The notes beneath the pieces were generated by a model. It was not told where the DNA came from and made no database searches. It saw only the letters and a list, made by a program, of their open reading frames with translations. Position numbers and translations under genes: made by a program. Below, piece by piece: positions 27,359 to 37,682 of a stretch of DNA of 64,000 nucleotides (within the stretch, counting starts at the first letter, position 1; every line of letters starts with the position of its first letter). The stretch comes from Trichinella spiralis. Lineage: Eukaryota. The DNA is taken from assembly GCF_000181795.1 (NCBI RefSeq), contig NW_003526946.1, positions 171,557-235,556 of the forward strand. The letters run 5' to 3'.

Positions 27359-27531
27359 TCATTCGCCTTTATTACTATTCTTTTTCTTCTCTACTTGCGG
27401 AACAATTCAAATTCTTCAAAGATTCACATTTTCAACTGATAATTTGAGTAACAAAAACCAGTAAAAAAAGTATCCAACTCCAAATTTATTAATAACAAAT
27501 ACCAAACACTAGAAAAACCCTAAGTTCCTGC

Positions 27532-29133
27532 TTATTTCTTTTTGGTTTTGGATGGCAACATTTTTTTCGGTGATCTAATAACCGTTTCAGGCATCTGAGA
27601 AGACCCAGCTTTTTTAGTGACCCTACTATCATCAGATTTCTTGCCTTTCTTTGATTTTGTTCGCTTCTTTGACTTCTTCTTAATCTTTTTAGAATCTTTG
27701 TTTTCACCTTTTGGTTCATCCTTTATCGCCGGCTTTTCAACTTTTTCTTCAGCAATTGGTTGAACAATGTTCGCCTGATCTATATCTATAGCTGTTGCCT
27801 CACCAGCCAATGTAAGTTTTGGTGATGTAATATCCGTTTCTGGCATTTGAGGAGACACGGCTTTTTTAGCGACACTATCCTCGTCAGATTTCTTGCCTTT
27901 CTTTGATTTTGTTCGCTTCTTTGTCTTCTTCTTAAGCTGTGTAGAATCTTCCTTTTCAATTGTTTGTACTTCTTTAATGAATTCATCGGCCTTTTTCTCA
28001 ACTGTGACTGCCTGAACAACGACTGTTTCATCGCTAACGGCTGCAGTTATTTCTGTTGTTGTTGGTGCTTCCATAACTGCTTTTTCTGTTTGATGTGTCT
28101 GTTTGTTCATATGTTGTTTTACTGTCACCTCCGTTTCTCCTTTCTTGCTCTTATTCGACTTTGATTTCTTTTTGGACTTCTTTTTCTCTTTTCTCGATTC
28201 CTCCTCTCCAATTCTTTCTGCTGCTTTTTTCTCTTTCTCTGACAATCTTGTCGTGCTCATTCTGTCAATTAGACGGTTGCTCTCAGTGGCTTGTGCTTTC
28301 ACTTCTTTTGTCCATTGCATAATTTCTTCTTCCAGTTTGCTCTTATGTTTTCTTGAGCTTGTATCTTTCTCTACCATCATTTCTGTCTTTTCTTTCTTAG
28401 TTTCTGTTGATTTAGACCTTTTAGCAGACTTTGATTTTCTTTTTTTTGAGTCTGCTTTTTTTATTTTTTCTGCTACTTTAGTCAATTGTTTGAAATCACT
28501 CTGTGCAACGACTTGACCCATGATATTCTGTTTTTCACTAATTTGTGCTGTGTTTTGCAATTCAAATGGTGTTACTTGAGTTTGCAATTTTGTCTGAGAT
28601 TTCTCTGTGCTCATCATATCTTGCTTTACTGTCATCTCTTTTTCCATTTCTCTGCCTTTTTTGGATTTGGATTTTCTTTTCAGTTTTCTTTTCTTTTTTT
28701 CTGAATCTTCCCGTCTTATTTTTTCTGCTGCTTTGGTTATTTCTTCTGTCGCAACGTTGGGAACAATTTGCGGCACTACATTTCTTGTCACAGCGACTGC
28801 TGAAATTGTTTCAGGTAAGCTTTCTGCCATTTCGATTTCTTTCTTTGTTTCTGATTTCTCTTTGCTTATATCCCTTCTTTTCGGTATGCTTTGAGTAGCC
28901 TTCTTGCTCTTTTTGGATTTTGTCTTCCTTTTTGTTTTTCCCACCAGTTTCTTGTCTGCTTTTAGCTGCTTTTCTTTTGATTCCATAATAATTTCCTCTG
29001 GTGTTTTCTTTTCAGGAATTGCTGTCATTGCTTGATCTTGCGTCCCTTTCCAATCCGAAATTTGCTTTTTTTGAGTAACAAAGTGGTAGACCAATGCCAG
29101 AACAATCACAACGAGAATCGCGGTAAGGAGCAT
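27532..29133 (-). CDS. Lys/Glu-rich repetitive protein 2 (533 aa) with an N-terminal signal anchor; paralog of 9411-13302, possibly 3'-truncated
   Basis: N-terminus MLLTAILVVIVLALVYHFVTQKKQ resembles MIFAVLLILIVLGLIYHFINKEKQ. Repeated KKKSKKRTKSKKGKK blocks alternate with acidic spacers. Candidate 5' UTR intron at about 29160-29281. Confidence 0.85.
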   Translation of the reverse strand: MLLTAILVVIVLALVYHFVTQKKQISDWKGTQDQAMTAIPEKKTPEEIIMESKEKQLKADKKLVGKTKRKTKSKKSKKATQSIPKRRDISKEKSETKKEIEMAESLPETISAVAVTRNVVPQIVPNVATEEITKAAEKIRREDSEKKKRKLKRKSKSKKGREMEKEMTVKQDMMSTEKSQTKLQTQVTPFELQNTAQISEKQNIMGQVVAQSDFKQLTKVAEKIKKADSKKRKSKSAKRSKSTETKKEKTEMMVEKDTSSRKHKSKLEEEIMQWTKEVKAQATESNRLIDRMSTTRLSEKEKKAAERIGEEESRKEKKKSKKKSKSNKSKKGETEVTVKQHMNKQTHQTEKAVMEAPTTTEITAAVSDETVVVQAVTVEKKADEFIKEVQTIEKEDSTQLKKKTKKRTKSKKGKKSDEDSVAKKAVSPQMPETDITSPKLTLAGEATAIDIDQANIVQPIAEEKVEKPAIKDEPKGENKDSKKIKKKSKKRTKSKKGKKSDDSRVTKKAGSSQMPETVIRSPKKMLPSKTKKK

Positions 29134-29760
29134 TTTTTAGACAACACGTATTGCTATTTCTGAAGTATTTAATATCATTAGTATCGTAAAATTTAATGAA
29201 ACCAAATGTTCCTATTTATATTATAAACATCAAATGAATATAATCATCATGTGGCAAATGAATGATTGATTGGTCACTTACCTCGACAACTTGAAATTTG
29301 CCTGATGTGCCCAAGCTTGGAAAAAGCTGAAATGATTAATTTTACTAACGCCGTCCCATAAGTAAAACTTTAAAATTTATTACTTTGAACAATTTTGTTT
29401 TTACCTTTTGTTTAAAGTTTAAACAATTTTGTTTTTACCTTTTGTTTAAGGTTTAACAATGTTTTTAATCCATGTATCTTTTGTTTAAATTTCTTTCTGA
29501 ATGAGAACTTTAAAGTTGTCTATGGCCTTTTGATTTGAAAATAATGCAGTGTGATGTAAAGTGGATACCTATTTTTTGAAAATATAGTATATTTTTCATT
29601 TCTTGAGCAACAATTAAATTTCTTATTTTATTAATTAATGCTTTTATTGATTTTTCAAATAAAATCATTGTTAGATCATTTTGAACATATCTAATATAGA
29701 AATTTGAAGAATAAGATGTGTGTTAGGTGCTTATTGAAATAAATGTATTCATTTCTAATG
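29134..29760 (-). promoter_or_regulatory. Upstream region of Lys-rich gene 2, homologous to 8870-9410; contains a tandem repeat of about 34 bp (29385-29460)
   Basis: Several collinear blocks align with 8870-9410. The unit aacaattttgtttttaccttttgtttaa occurs twice. Confidence 0.6.
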
Positions 29761-31851
29761 CTATTAAATTTGGAATATAACTAAATGAGGGTCTTCAATC
29801 TTATCAAATTTGATTTGATTTGATTTCAAATTAACAGCAATTTCCCAACACATTGGCAGTTTCACATTTGTCATTGCTTATTTTCTCTTGCGATTGATCC
29901 AACTGGATTTCGTTGCCCTTGCATGTAGTGTCTGTTATGGTAAGTTGGCACCTTTTATAACAGAACGGCGTTATAGATAGCGCCAGAGTGCTGCATGTTA
30001 TTAGTCAGAAAGCTAGAATACCTCAATTTTGTTTGCTTGTTGCAAAGGTATGCTGTCAGTGAATGTTTAAACAAAATTTCTTCTTTAATGACAAACTGTA
30101 ATATAATACAATGCAATGTCCTGATCTTTTAAAGCAAGGCTGCATGTAATTTGGGAGCAGATTTTGTGCCGCCCGCCAATGGATGTGATTTCACACGTTC
30201 AGAAAATGAAACATTTTGCTTCAAATGCATATTAAATATTTTTATTCTTTATATTTCATTGTTTTTGAATTGCAAAAGGTGAAGATTTTTTGAATTACTG
30301 TTTCAGTAAATGCGTTTATGAACGCCATGACTTCATTTTCTTTTGAAAGTTTGGCGTGCTTGTAAAATTTAATAAAATTTTCCAAGTAATTTTATACATA
30401 CCCTGTATTTATTCTTGATCCTACCCACAGATAAATCTTCTTCTATGCAGCTCTGATATTAAGTAAGTTTGGGCAGTCCTGATTGAAAATAAAAAAAGCA
30501 GCGAATGAGCTGATCAGTATATGGATAGAAGAATATTCACAGTCAGCAGTTTGCCTCCTCAAAGTTATGCAAACTACAAATTGAAAATTCTGCTTTCTAC
30601 AACCACTGAACCTACCAGTCACTGAATTTCTGCCAGCATTTTGTTTACTTTTTACCTGATATGTTCATATATTAAACTTTTGCTTCTTCATCGCTTTTCT
30701 AAGTACGCTTTAAGTTGTATGAAATTAACGGCGATATCGCTTCCTGATAGTGTTATGCTGAATGGTGATGTATAAAATTTTTAAGAAGTAGTTACAATAA
30801 ATTTTAACATTTAAAGCACCAAACTCAAATGTGACTAAGCAGCTTAGCTTCAATGTGATGTTATGCGCTTACTGCTTGGATGAAGCAAATGTTGGTTTCA
30901 TTTTAATTATTGCTAAGAATTTAAAAGTGAAGTTTTACTAATTACTAGTAGGTGCATATGCTGAAGTCCATTCTTTAATCTGAAAACACTGTTTGCTTTC
31001 GCTCTAAGATTGTAAATGCTTTATATTTTTTACAAGCGAGTGTTACTTTCATGTAATGAATTTTTTCATTTACTAATATTTTTCATAAGTGCAGACTGAA
31101 ATTTTGACAAGGTGATCATTTTTATAAATTTCACTTCAAGAAGTTTTCATTTAGATCTATTTTTTAATTTCATTGTTGTTTTTCAACTTAAGGTAAATTT
31201 GAAAAACATAGTTCTGTTATTTTTTGTTTATTAATATTATCTGAAACTCTATATAAGTTTTTAAACATCGTAAATTTAATACTTGCACAGGTTGAATGAA
31301 TTTACCCTTAGATGGTCTTTTCAGATTATGTACGTATTTGAACTTTAGGGGTGCTTAGGACCCCTATCATGAAATGCTTGCTTCTCACGTTATTAGGCCA
31401 ATGAAATAGTACTTCTAAGCTTTTATAGAATTTATTACCGAAATAATTGTTAGCATAAGCATGTCTAAATGACTTATATGTGGAGGTACTGGCTTATCAT
31501 AGCAGTTGGGACAGAGTCTGTGAACGTATTTTTCAAACCTCTTTTTATGGATCATTATTGCTAATATTGAGCTAAACTGATCAATATTGTGAAAACGGAA
31601 AATTCTTCACGCAACATCTTTTGACGGACATGTAATTTATGCATCGATTGGTTACATGTAAATAAATATTCCTAAACGCTTTCAAAGCAGAGGACTTTTA
31701 AAGATCATCGAATCAAGTTGCATGTAGTATTTCTCTTTTATTTACAGTTTCGTTCTAATCAACGAACGTCATCAATCTGAAAGTATTGACCATTGTTTGG
31801 AGTTTAGTTTTTTCAGTTTTATAAAATACGTCATTCGTTGAACTACTTTTA

Positions 31852-33303
31852 ATGCATTTGCCAGTGATCCTCATTTTGCTCAATGTCAATGCTCAATGCT
31901 CAATGACTGAACTGTTGGTAAGCGTACAATATTATTACTGCTTATGATGGAATTTATTTGCAGTATCTCTATATTATCAAATATCTAACGAGCTTAAACG
32001 TTTTTCATTATTTTTATACTTCAGAATTTAAGTTCACAATAATAGCTTTTTCCAAGTACAGTACTATTATTACTTTATTTGATGTTGGTATAACTTATTC
32101 AGTTTTCAAATTTTAATTTAAAAAAATAATTATTAAATCTGAAAATACAATAAATTTATCAATAAAAAAGTGTTAATAATTTTTTGATGTTCATTTCAGA
32201 ATTTCAACAAACCAGAATCTTATTTTGATGGTAAAGAGATGACTTGTTCTATGCTCCCCTGTTTTAGCCAGGAAGACTGCTGCCCTGGTACAGTTTGCAT
32301 GATGCAAAAATCTTCAAGTACAGAACTGAATTCACACTTTCTTATGCTAAAAGATGTTTTCTCAAAAACATAATCATGCAAATGATTAAATATAGATAGG
32401 TAATCGTTTCGTATTGCAGGCCATTTCTACTTTTTGAAACATTAAAATATCAAAAAATCTAATTCTCTTAAGACATAATAATCATAGAAATGAAAATTGG
32501 ATAAATTTTTAAAATTTGTGAAAAACAATAATTTTTGTCGTAGAATTAATTATGAAAAATGAATAGCATATAGTCGTTTTAGTGAATGAATTTTATGACG
32601 GTTTAAATTTCCAAAAGTGCACCAGATTCGAGCAGATAAATGCAATTAATTTTCAAATTTCAAACATTTATAAAAAAATTGTCATTGCACTTCAAGCAAC
32701 AATTATTTACATAAATGGTATAGGATTTAAAATAATGTTTATTTTTAGACCGTGGAATTTGTGGCCAACTTTTGGCGCAGGCAGAAGGAAAAATTTGCCT
32801 CACTATTCCAACAATGATGCAACAGTGCATAGATGGTCTTGAATGCAGTTCAATCAGTGGACTGCAACCACCATTCGGCCTCTGCATGAGACGAAATTAC
32901 ATTTTTGAAAAAAGACAGTTCTGTAAGTAAATGATGATATTTTTCAAGTACATTAATACATGCTTGACACATTTCACCAACAATGAGCAATAACTGTCGA
33001 TACTTCACAAATAAATAAATATGCACTGTTAATATTACAAATATGTAAATAGAATGTATTTACTTAATCAGCGATATTTTCATGGGAAACATGCAATTTA
33101 TTCAAACAAAGTAGATTGCAATAGTTGATAGAACAAAATGAAATTATAAATGCCGTTGCATTTCAGTCGATCCGTGCATTACATCTATGGAATGCGACAT
33201 GTCAAAACAGCTGTGCTGCCGAGAGCAACACAGCTCCTCAAGAGGAGAAAGCAGACAACTTTGCTCTTATTTTGAAGATCCAATTGAAGACTGTATCTAT
33301 TGA
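31852..33303 (+). CDS. Secreted cysteine-rich protein, ITG-like peptide precursor/prohormone-3 family (exons 31852-31917, 32200-32317, 32749-32922, 33167-33303)
   Basis: All splice phases are consistent. The product is MHLPVILILLNVNAQC...CSMLPCFSQEDCCPGTVC...GICGQLLAQAEGKIC...CIDGLEC...C...KRQFFDPCITSMECDMSKQLCCREQHSSSRGESRQLCSYFEDPIEDCIY*. This matches the recalled arthropod motif KQY.E.C..S.ECD...GLCC.......R..CSYF.DP..C. The first exon is less certain. Confidence 0.8.
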
Positions 33304-33631
33304 ATCACTCATCTGGCAGCAGAAATATGAGAAGTGTCAGTTGTGAACTGTTGTATAAAAAAATATTCACAGAAGAAATAAACGTAAGATTTGTTCATCA
33401 TACTTCATGATGAAATATAATGAAAAAGAAAATACTTTTTGCCCGATTCGTAAAATTACAACACAAATTTACAAAAATCAGCTCTAAGAAAACAAGTTAC
33501 TGTAGACTGTCAGAAGTAAAATTTCCAGATAAACGACAATTTATCGCAACTATTTTTGTGATAGAAATTTGATTATTAAATCATAAATTGTGTAGAAATT
33601 CGGCAAATCCATCGTGTACCGATCTATGGAT

Positions 33632-35370
33632 TCATAAACGCAGGATTTTCTTAGGAATTTTCGACACTTCTGAAAGTTGATTTTCATCATCGTCTGATTC
33701 AGAAGACAACAACGACTTCGTCGAATCTTCTTCTCTTTCCTCTTCTTCATTGCTTTCAGCTCCCGAAATCGATGCGCTTATTACCAAATTCATTTTTTCT
33801 TCCACTTCAAAATCAAAACAATAAATAATTGATTAATAATTGAAAATGAAATCAATGAAAAATGGTCCAACTTGTCGTTTTACGAAGTAAATCAAACGTT
33901 GATCCAATGACACAGATGCGGTCAGAAATTTGTTCACATTGCAAAACGTGCTCACCACGATTGCCAATCTTTTCATACAAAGCTGTTATATTCTAAAATA
34001 TTTCAAAAAACAAATATATATATATATATATAACAGATAAATAAATTAAGTTTCAATCAATCAGACTGCGTTTTATTTAGTAATTCGTGTTACTTCAATG
34101 CTCGACAATTTTGAACACCACTGGTGCTGATCAAATTTACTCCAATTACGCTGAATATCTAAAATTGAATGGAATTGAAAGTGCAAAAAATAAAAATATA
34201 GCAAATCACACTTTTCTGTTCAAAATCTCACCCGAACAATCGCCTTCCCCTTCCAAGCATTCCTCGAACATTTTATCACGAGATTGAATCAATGAAATTA
34301 GCATCTGTTCTCGATCAACACTGTGCATGGCCAATGCCATAAATGGTAGAACAAATTCTTGAAAATACTATTCATCAAGATAGAGAAATCAAATTTTCAT
34401 TCAAACAAGTAAATGATAAGCAATAAATTACAATTTCCGGTGCAACCAATTCAGCTTGCAGTTTCCATTTCAGCGGCAGTCGAAAAAATTTCGAATCAAA
34501 CCACACCACAATAGCACTATTTGAAGATTTCTCCAATTTCACAATGCAGTGTGCCTCTTTTCCCAAAACCATGGAAAAAATATAATCAAACAGAGGTCCA
34601 ATTTCACCTTCAACATTGCAATTCAACGCCTACAAAAACCATGCTCAGATTGAGCGAACCAATTAATTCACCGTCGTTCATCCGATGCTCGTTTGTAAAA
34701 AAGCTTTCATAGCCACAGTTTAATATTGAAATAGTAAAAAGATAACATAAATAATTGAAAAGCATACAGCTTTAAAATTTGATATTCTGTCTTGAAAAAA
34801 AAATTGTCTTCGCTATAAAGAATTTCCTGTTCCAATCGTTTCATTCCCGTTCATCAATCAATGAGCTAAAGTTGTTCCGCAGTCAATTGTACGCGCAAGC
34901 TGTTTCCTCAAATCGAAAATCAATTATCACTCAAATCTGCGCAATTTGGCCTTGCAAATCGTCTCTGCTCAGTGCATTGAAAACTGTTCAAATAAACCCA
35001 AATGAGGAAACAATTTTCTCATTTTGAACGATGAATCTTAACGATAATATATTATGATTACTAGTATTACTGAAAAAGAAAAATTATTTTTCCAAACAGA
35101 AATCAATTTTCTGAAAATATATGAAAAGAGGAAAAAGAAAAAACAGTCCATTTCTTTTTTCAATTTCTAAACTAAACTGCAAACACTTAATCAATTAATT
35201 ACAGTAAGCTTACGACGAAACTCTTCCTGATTCAACGTTTCACGCCACATTTGCATCTGATTGGTCAAATCGAACCGCACTGTTCGATCGTCATCTACAA
35301 CAACTCGAACAAACCAGGCAGTTTTGTCGTCCAAATAATTGACCAACGTCCAAAGTGCGAAATTGCTCAT
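33632..35370 (-). CDS. NHEJ1: XLF/Cernunnos-like non-homologous end-joining factor (exons 35370-35203, 34629-34432, 34367-34232, 34158-34094, 33992-about 33872, about 33803-33632)
   Basis: The spliced product includes FDLTNQMQMWRETLNQEEFRRKLTALN, VWFDSKFFRLPLKWKLQAELVAPEIYFQEFVLPFMALA and MLISLIQSRDKMFEEC. These are collinear with recalled XLF blocks VSDLQQVWHEQV...AKELN, SELSGLPFYWNFHC...SQHLIRPLMGM and LATLLHMKDLEIQDY. An acidic tail ends in KIPKKILRL*. Confidence 0.75.
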
Positions 35371-35905
35371 TCATTCGTCTTTATTATTAATTTTTTTCTC
35401 TTCTCTGCTTTTCGAACAATTCAAATTCTTCAAAGATTCCCATTTTCAACTGACAATTTGAGTAACAAAAAAAAACAGAAAAAGCGTATCCAACGCCAAA
35501 TTGATTAATAACAAATCCCAAACAACAGACAAATTCCAAATTTATGCTTATTTCTTTTTCAATCAGTAATAAAAATTCACATCTATTGCACTGAAAAGGG
35601 AAACACGATTATGTAAATAAATACATGCGTCATTTTTGCATTAACAGACAACTGTTCGCTCGATTCAAGATTACAAAACAAAATAATAGTAATGCTTGCA
35701 AAAATAGTAATAAAAAAGAAGACAAAGAAGCGCAGTATACAATTACATACTGAGAACAACAATATCCAAGAATGATAAGAGTAAAATAAAAAATTCAATG
35801 CAAAAAAGGGCTTAACGTGACATAATTATACTGCAAATAGAAAAAAGCAATATAACAATGCAATTTATGGAAAAAAGGCAACTTTTGAATATTCATTTTC
35901 AACTG

Positions 35906-37682
35906 TTATTCAGCAGCACTCATTCCTCGAACGGAACCTTCGCTCCTTTGCTGAAAAAGTAATAATACATTGATGAAATTCCCCGAAATATTTAATAAAA
36001 TAAACAATTTTTTTATAATCATTTTACCACATCAAGTTCAATTTTGGTCTCGTCCTCAATTTTGCGAATATCCTGCATGGTCAGTCCGTACCATTGGTCT
36101 GTCCAGCAAAACAATTCACGATGGAACACTTGAAAAAGTCGTCGTTCTGACTGAAAGCATGAAAACTTAATTATATTATTAAAAATGTTTCTTTTGAAAA
36201 AATATGCAAAAAACAAACAAACAAACAAACAAAAAAATTCACCTTGTGAATGAAAGCTTCGACACGACTTTGCAAACCCCACCACCTGAACTCTACCGTA
36301 ACCAACTTGTAGCAGCACATCACAGGCTCACAGCTATCTTGCCAGTTGCCAGTTAAAGGTCCACGACCAGTTCGAGCTGAACGATAAAGTTTTGGATTCG
36401 AGTCAGGTTTATCATCCTAAAAATTGTACATAATTTTAAATATACTCAAAACTATTTCATAAAATATGATCAAATACAATTATTACTGTGCAATTCGTGT
36501 AGCGTACGTGTGAAAGAAAATGCCTACTTACACATGGATCTATCGGGTCATTTGCAATATCTATATAGACAATCTCACGCTGTGCCAATATTTCAGGCGG
36601 AAGATTGTGAGGCTAAAAAATTATTTTTACTTGATGAAATTTATACAATCAAATTCATAATAATTACTTCCTTACTAAAACAGCGATTCAATTCAAATTT
36701 GATAGAAATTATGAACATAAAAACGAACTCACATTTGGTGTATCACCCCTATCAGGCAAATGTATAGTTTCCACTTTTGCTACAAAATTGTCTTTCATAT
36801 AATTAGGATTCTAAAATTATACAAAGGATAAAAAACAAATTTTTAATAAATATTAAAAATTCTAACAACAAAACCAAAAATGTATTTATTTACAGTTAAA
36901 ATGGTTCTACAATATGGAAATGCATTCCATGCTTCTTCGTGCAATTCCAACGCCCCTGCCGGAGCTAACTTTCTAACCCACCATGGCACTTTACTAAATA
37001 ATAATAAATATCAATTATCGAAATCATAAACTACAAAGTATATTAAAATAACAAAACACCAAATAAATAAATTACGAGGCAAGATGATAAATTTTGTGCG
37101 TATATTGACCAACATCATAGGCACCATCCAGCAATGGATAATTGGAATATGGCTCGTTGCGCAAAACTTCAATGCCTTCACCACCACCTGTTTCATTTTT
37201 GCTTGCTTCAGCCACAGCCCACAGCTGAGCCACTTGATACTTGAAAAGCATTTTTTGAGAAAACAATTAATAATCAATTAAAAACTTAAAACATTCTAAT
37301 AATGTTTAAAAAATAATATGCCAAAGTAAGTAGTGATCATTTTGGCAGCAAACACAAGGTTAAACAAAAAAAAGTCAGTCATTGTTTTTATTTTAAAAAA
37401 TAGTAAATCAAATTCATTTAAAAAACAAACATAGAATATTCAGCATTTGAAATTCACCCGGTGTTACTCATTGCTTTTAAAATAAGGTTAAGTTGATTGA
37501 TAAGAGACCAAACAAGCATTTATCCATAGAATATTTCATAATACATTAAAATGTTAATAAGATACTTACTTCTTCGACTGTCAGTGGAAGTACAATGCGA
37601 CTGAAATATAGAAAACAAGTATATATAAGTACAATACAGAATAAATGAATTAAAATAAAACTTACTATTCCTTAATCAGCAT
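35906..37682 (-). CDS. Class I phosphatidylinositol transfer protein (PITP alpha/beta-like), multi-exon
   Basis: [39 protein letters not shown]...[10 protein letters not shown]...[14 protein letters not shown]...TGRGPL...[19 protein letters not shown]...[21 protein letters not shown]...RGMSAAE*. Confidence 0.95.

Larger units (their letters stand above)
23651..27540. repeat. Two near-identical units of about 1.9 kb (23651-25589, 25600-27540) across a gap. Each is a deletion mosaic of the Lys-rich gene 2 3' end, 29760-30230, 34230-34510 and 34930-35555
   Basis: The blocks match by direct sequence comparison. Paralogous spurious ORFs appear at 25293, 27240 and 35251. Confidence 0.85.

Noticed and set aside
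27964..28898. Phe/Leu/Ser-rich plus-strand ORFs
   Set aside because: Antisense shadows of Lys-rich gene 2.
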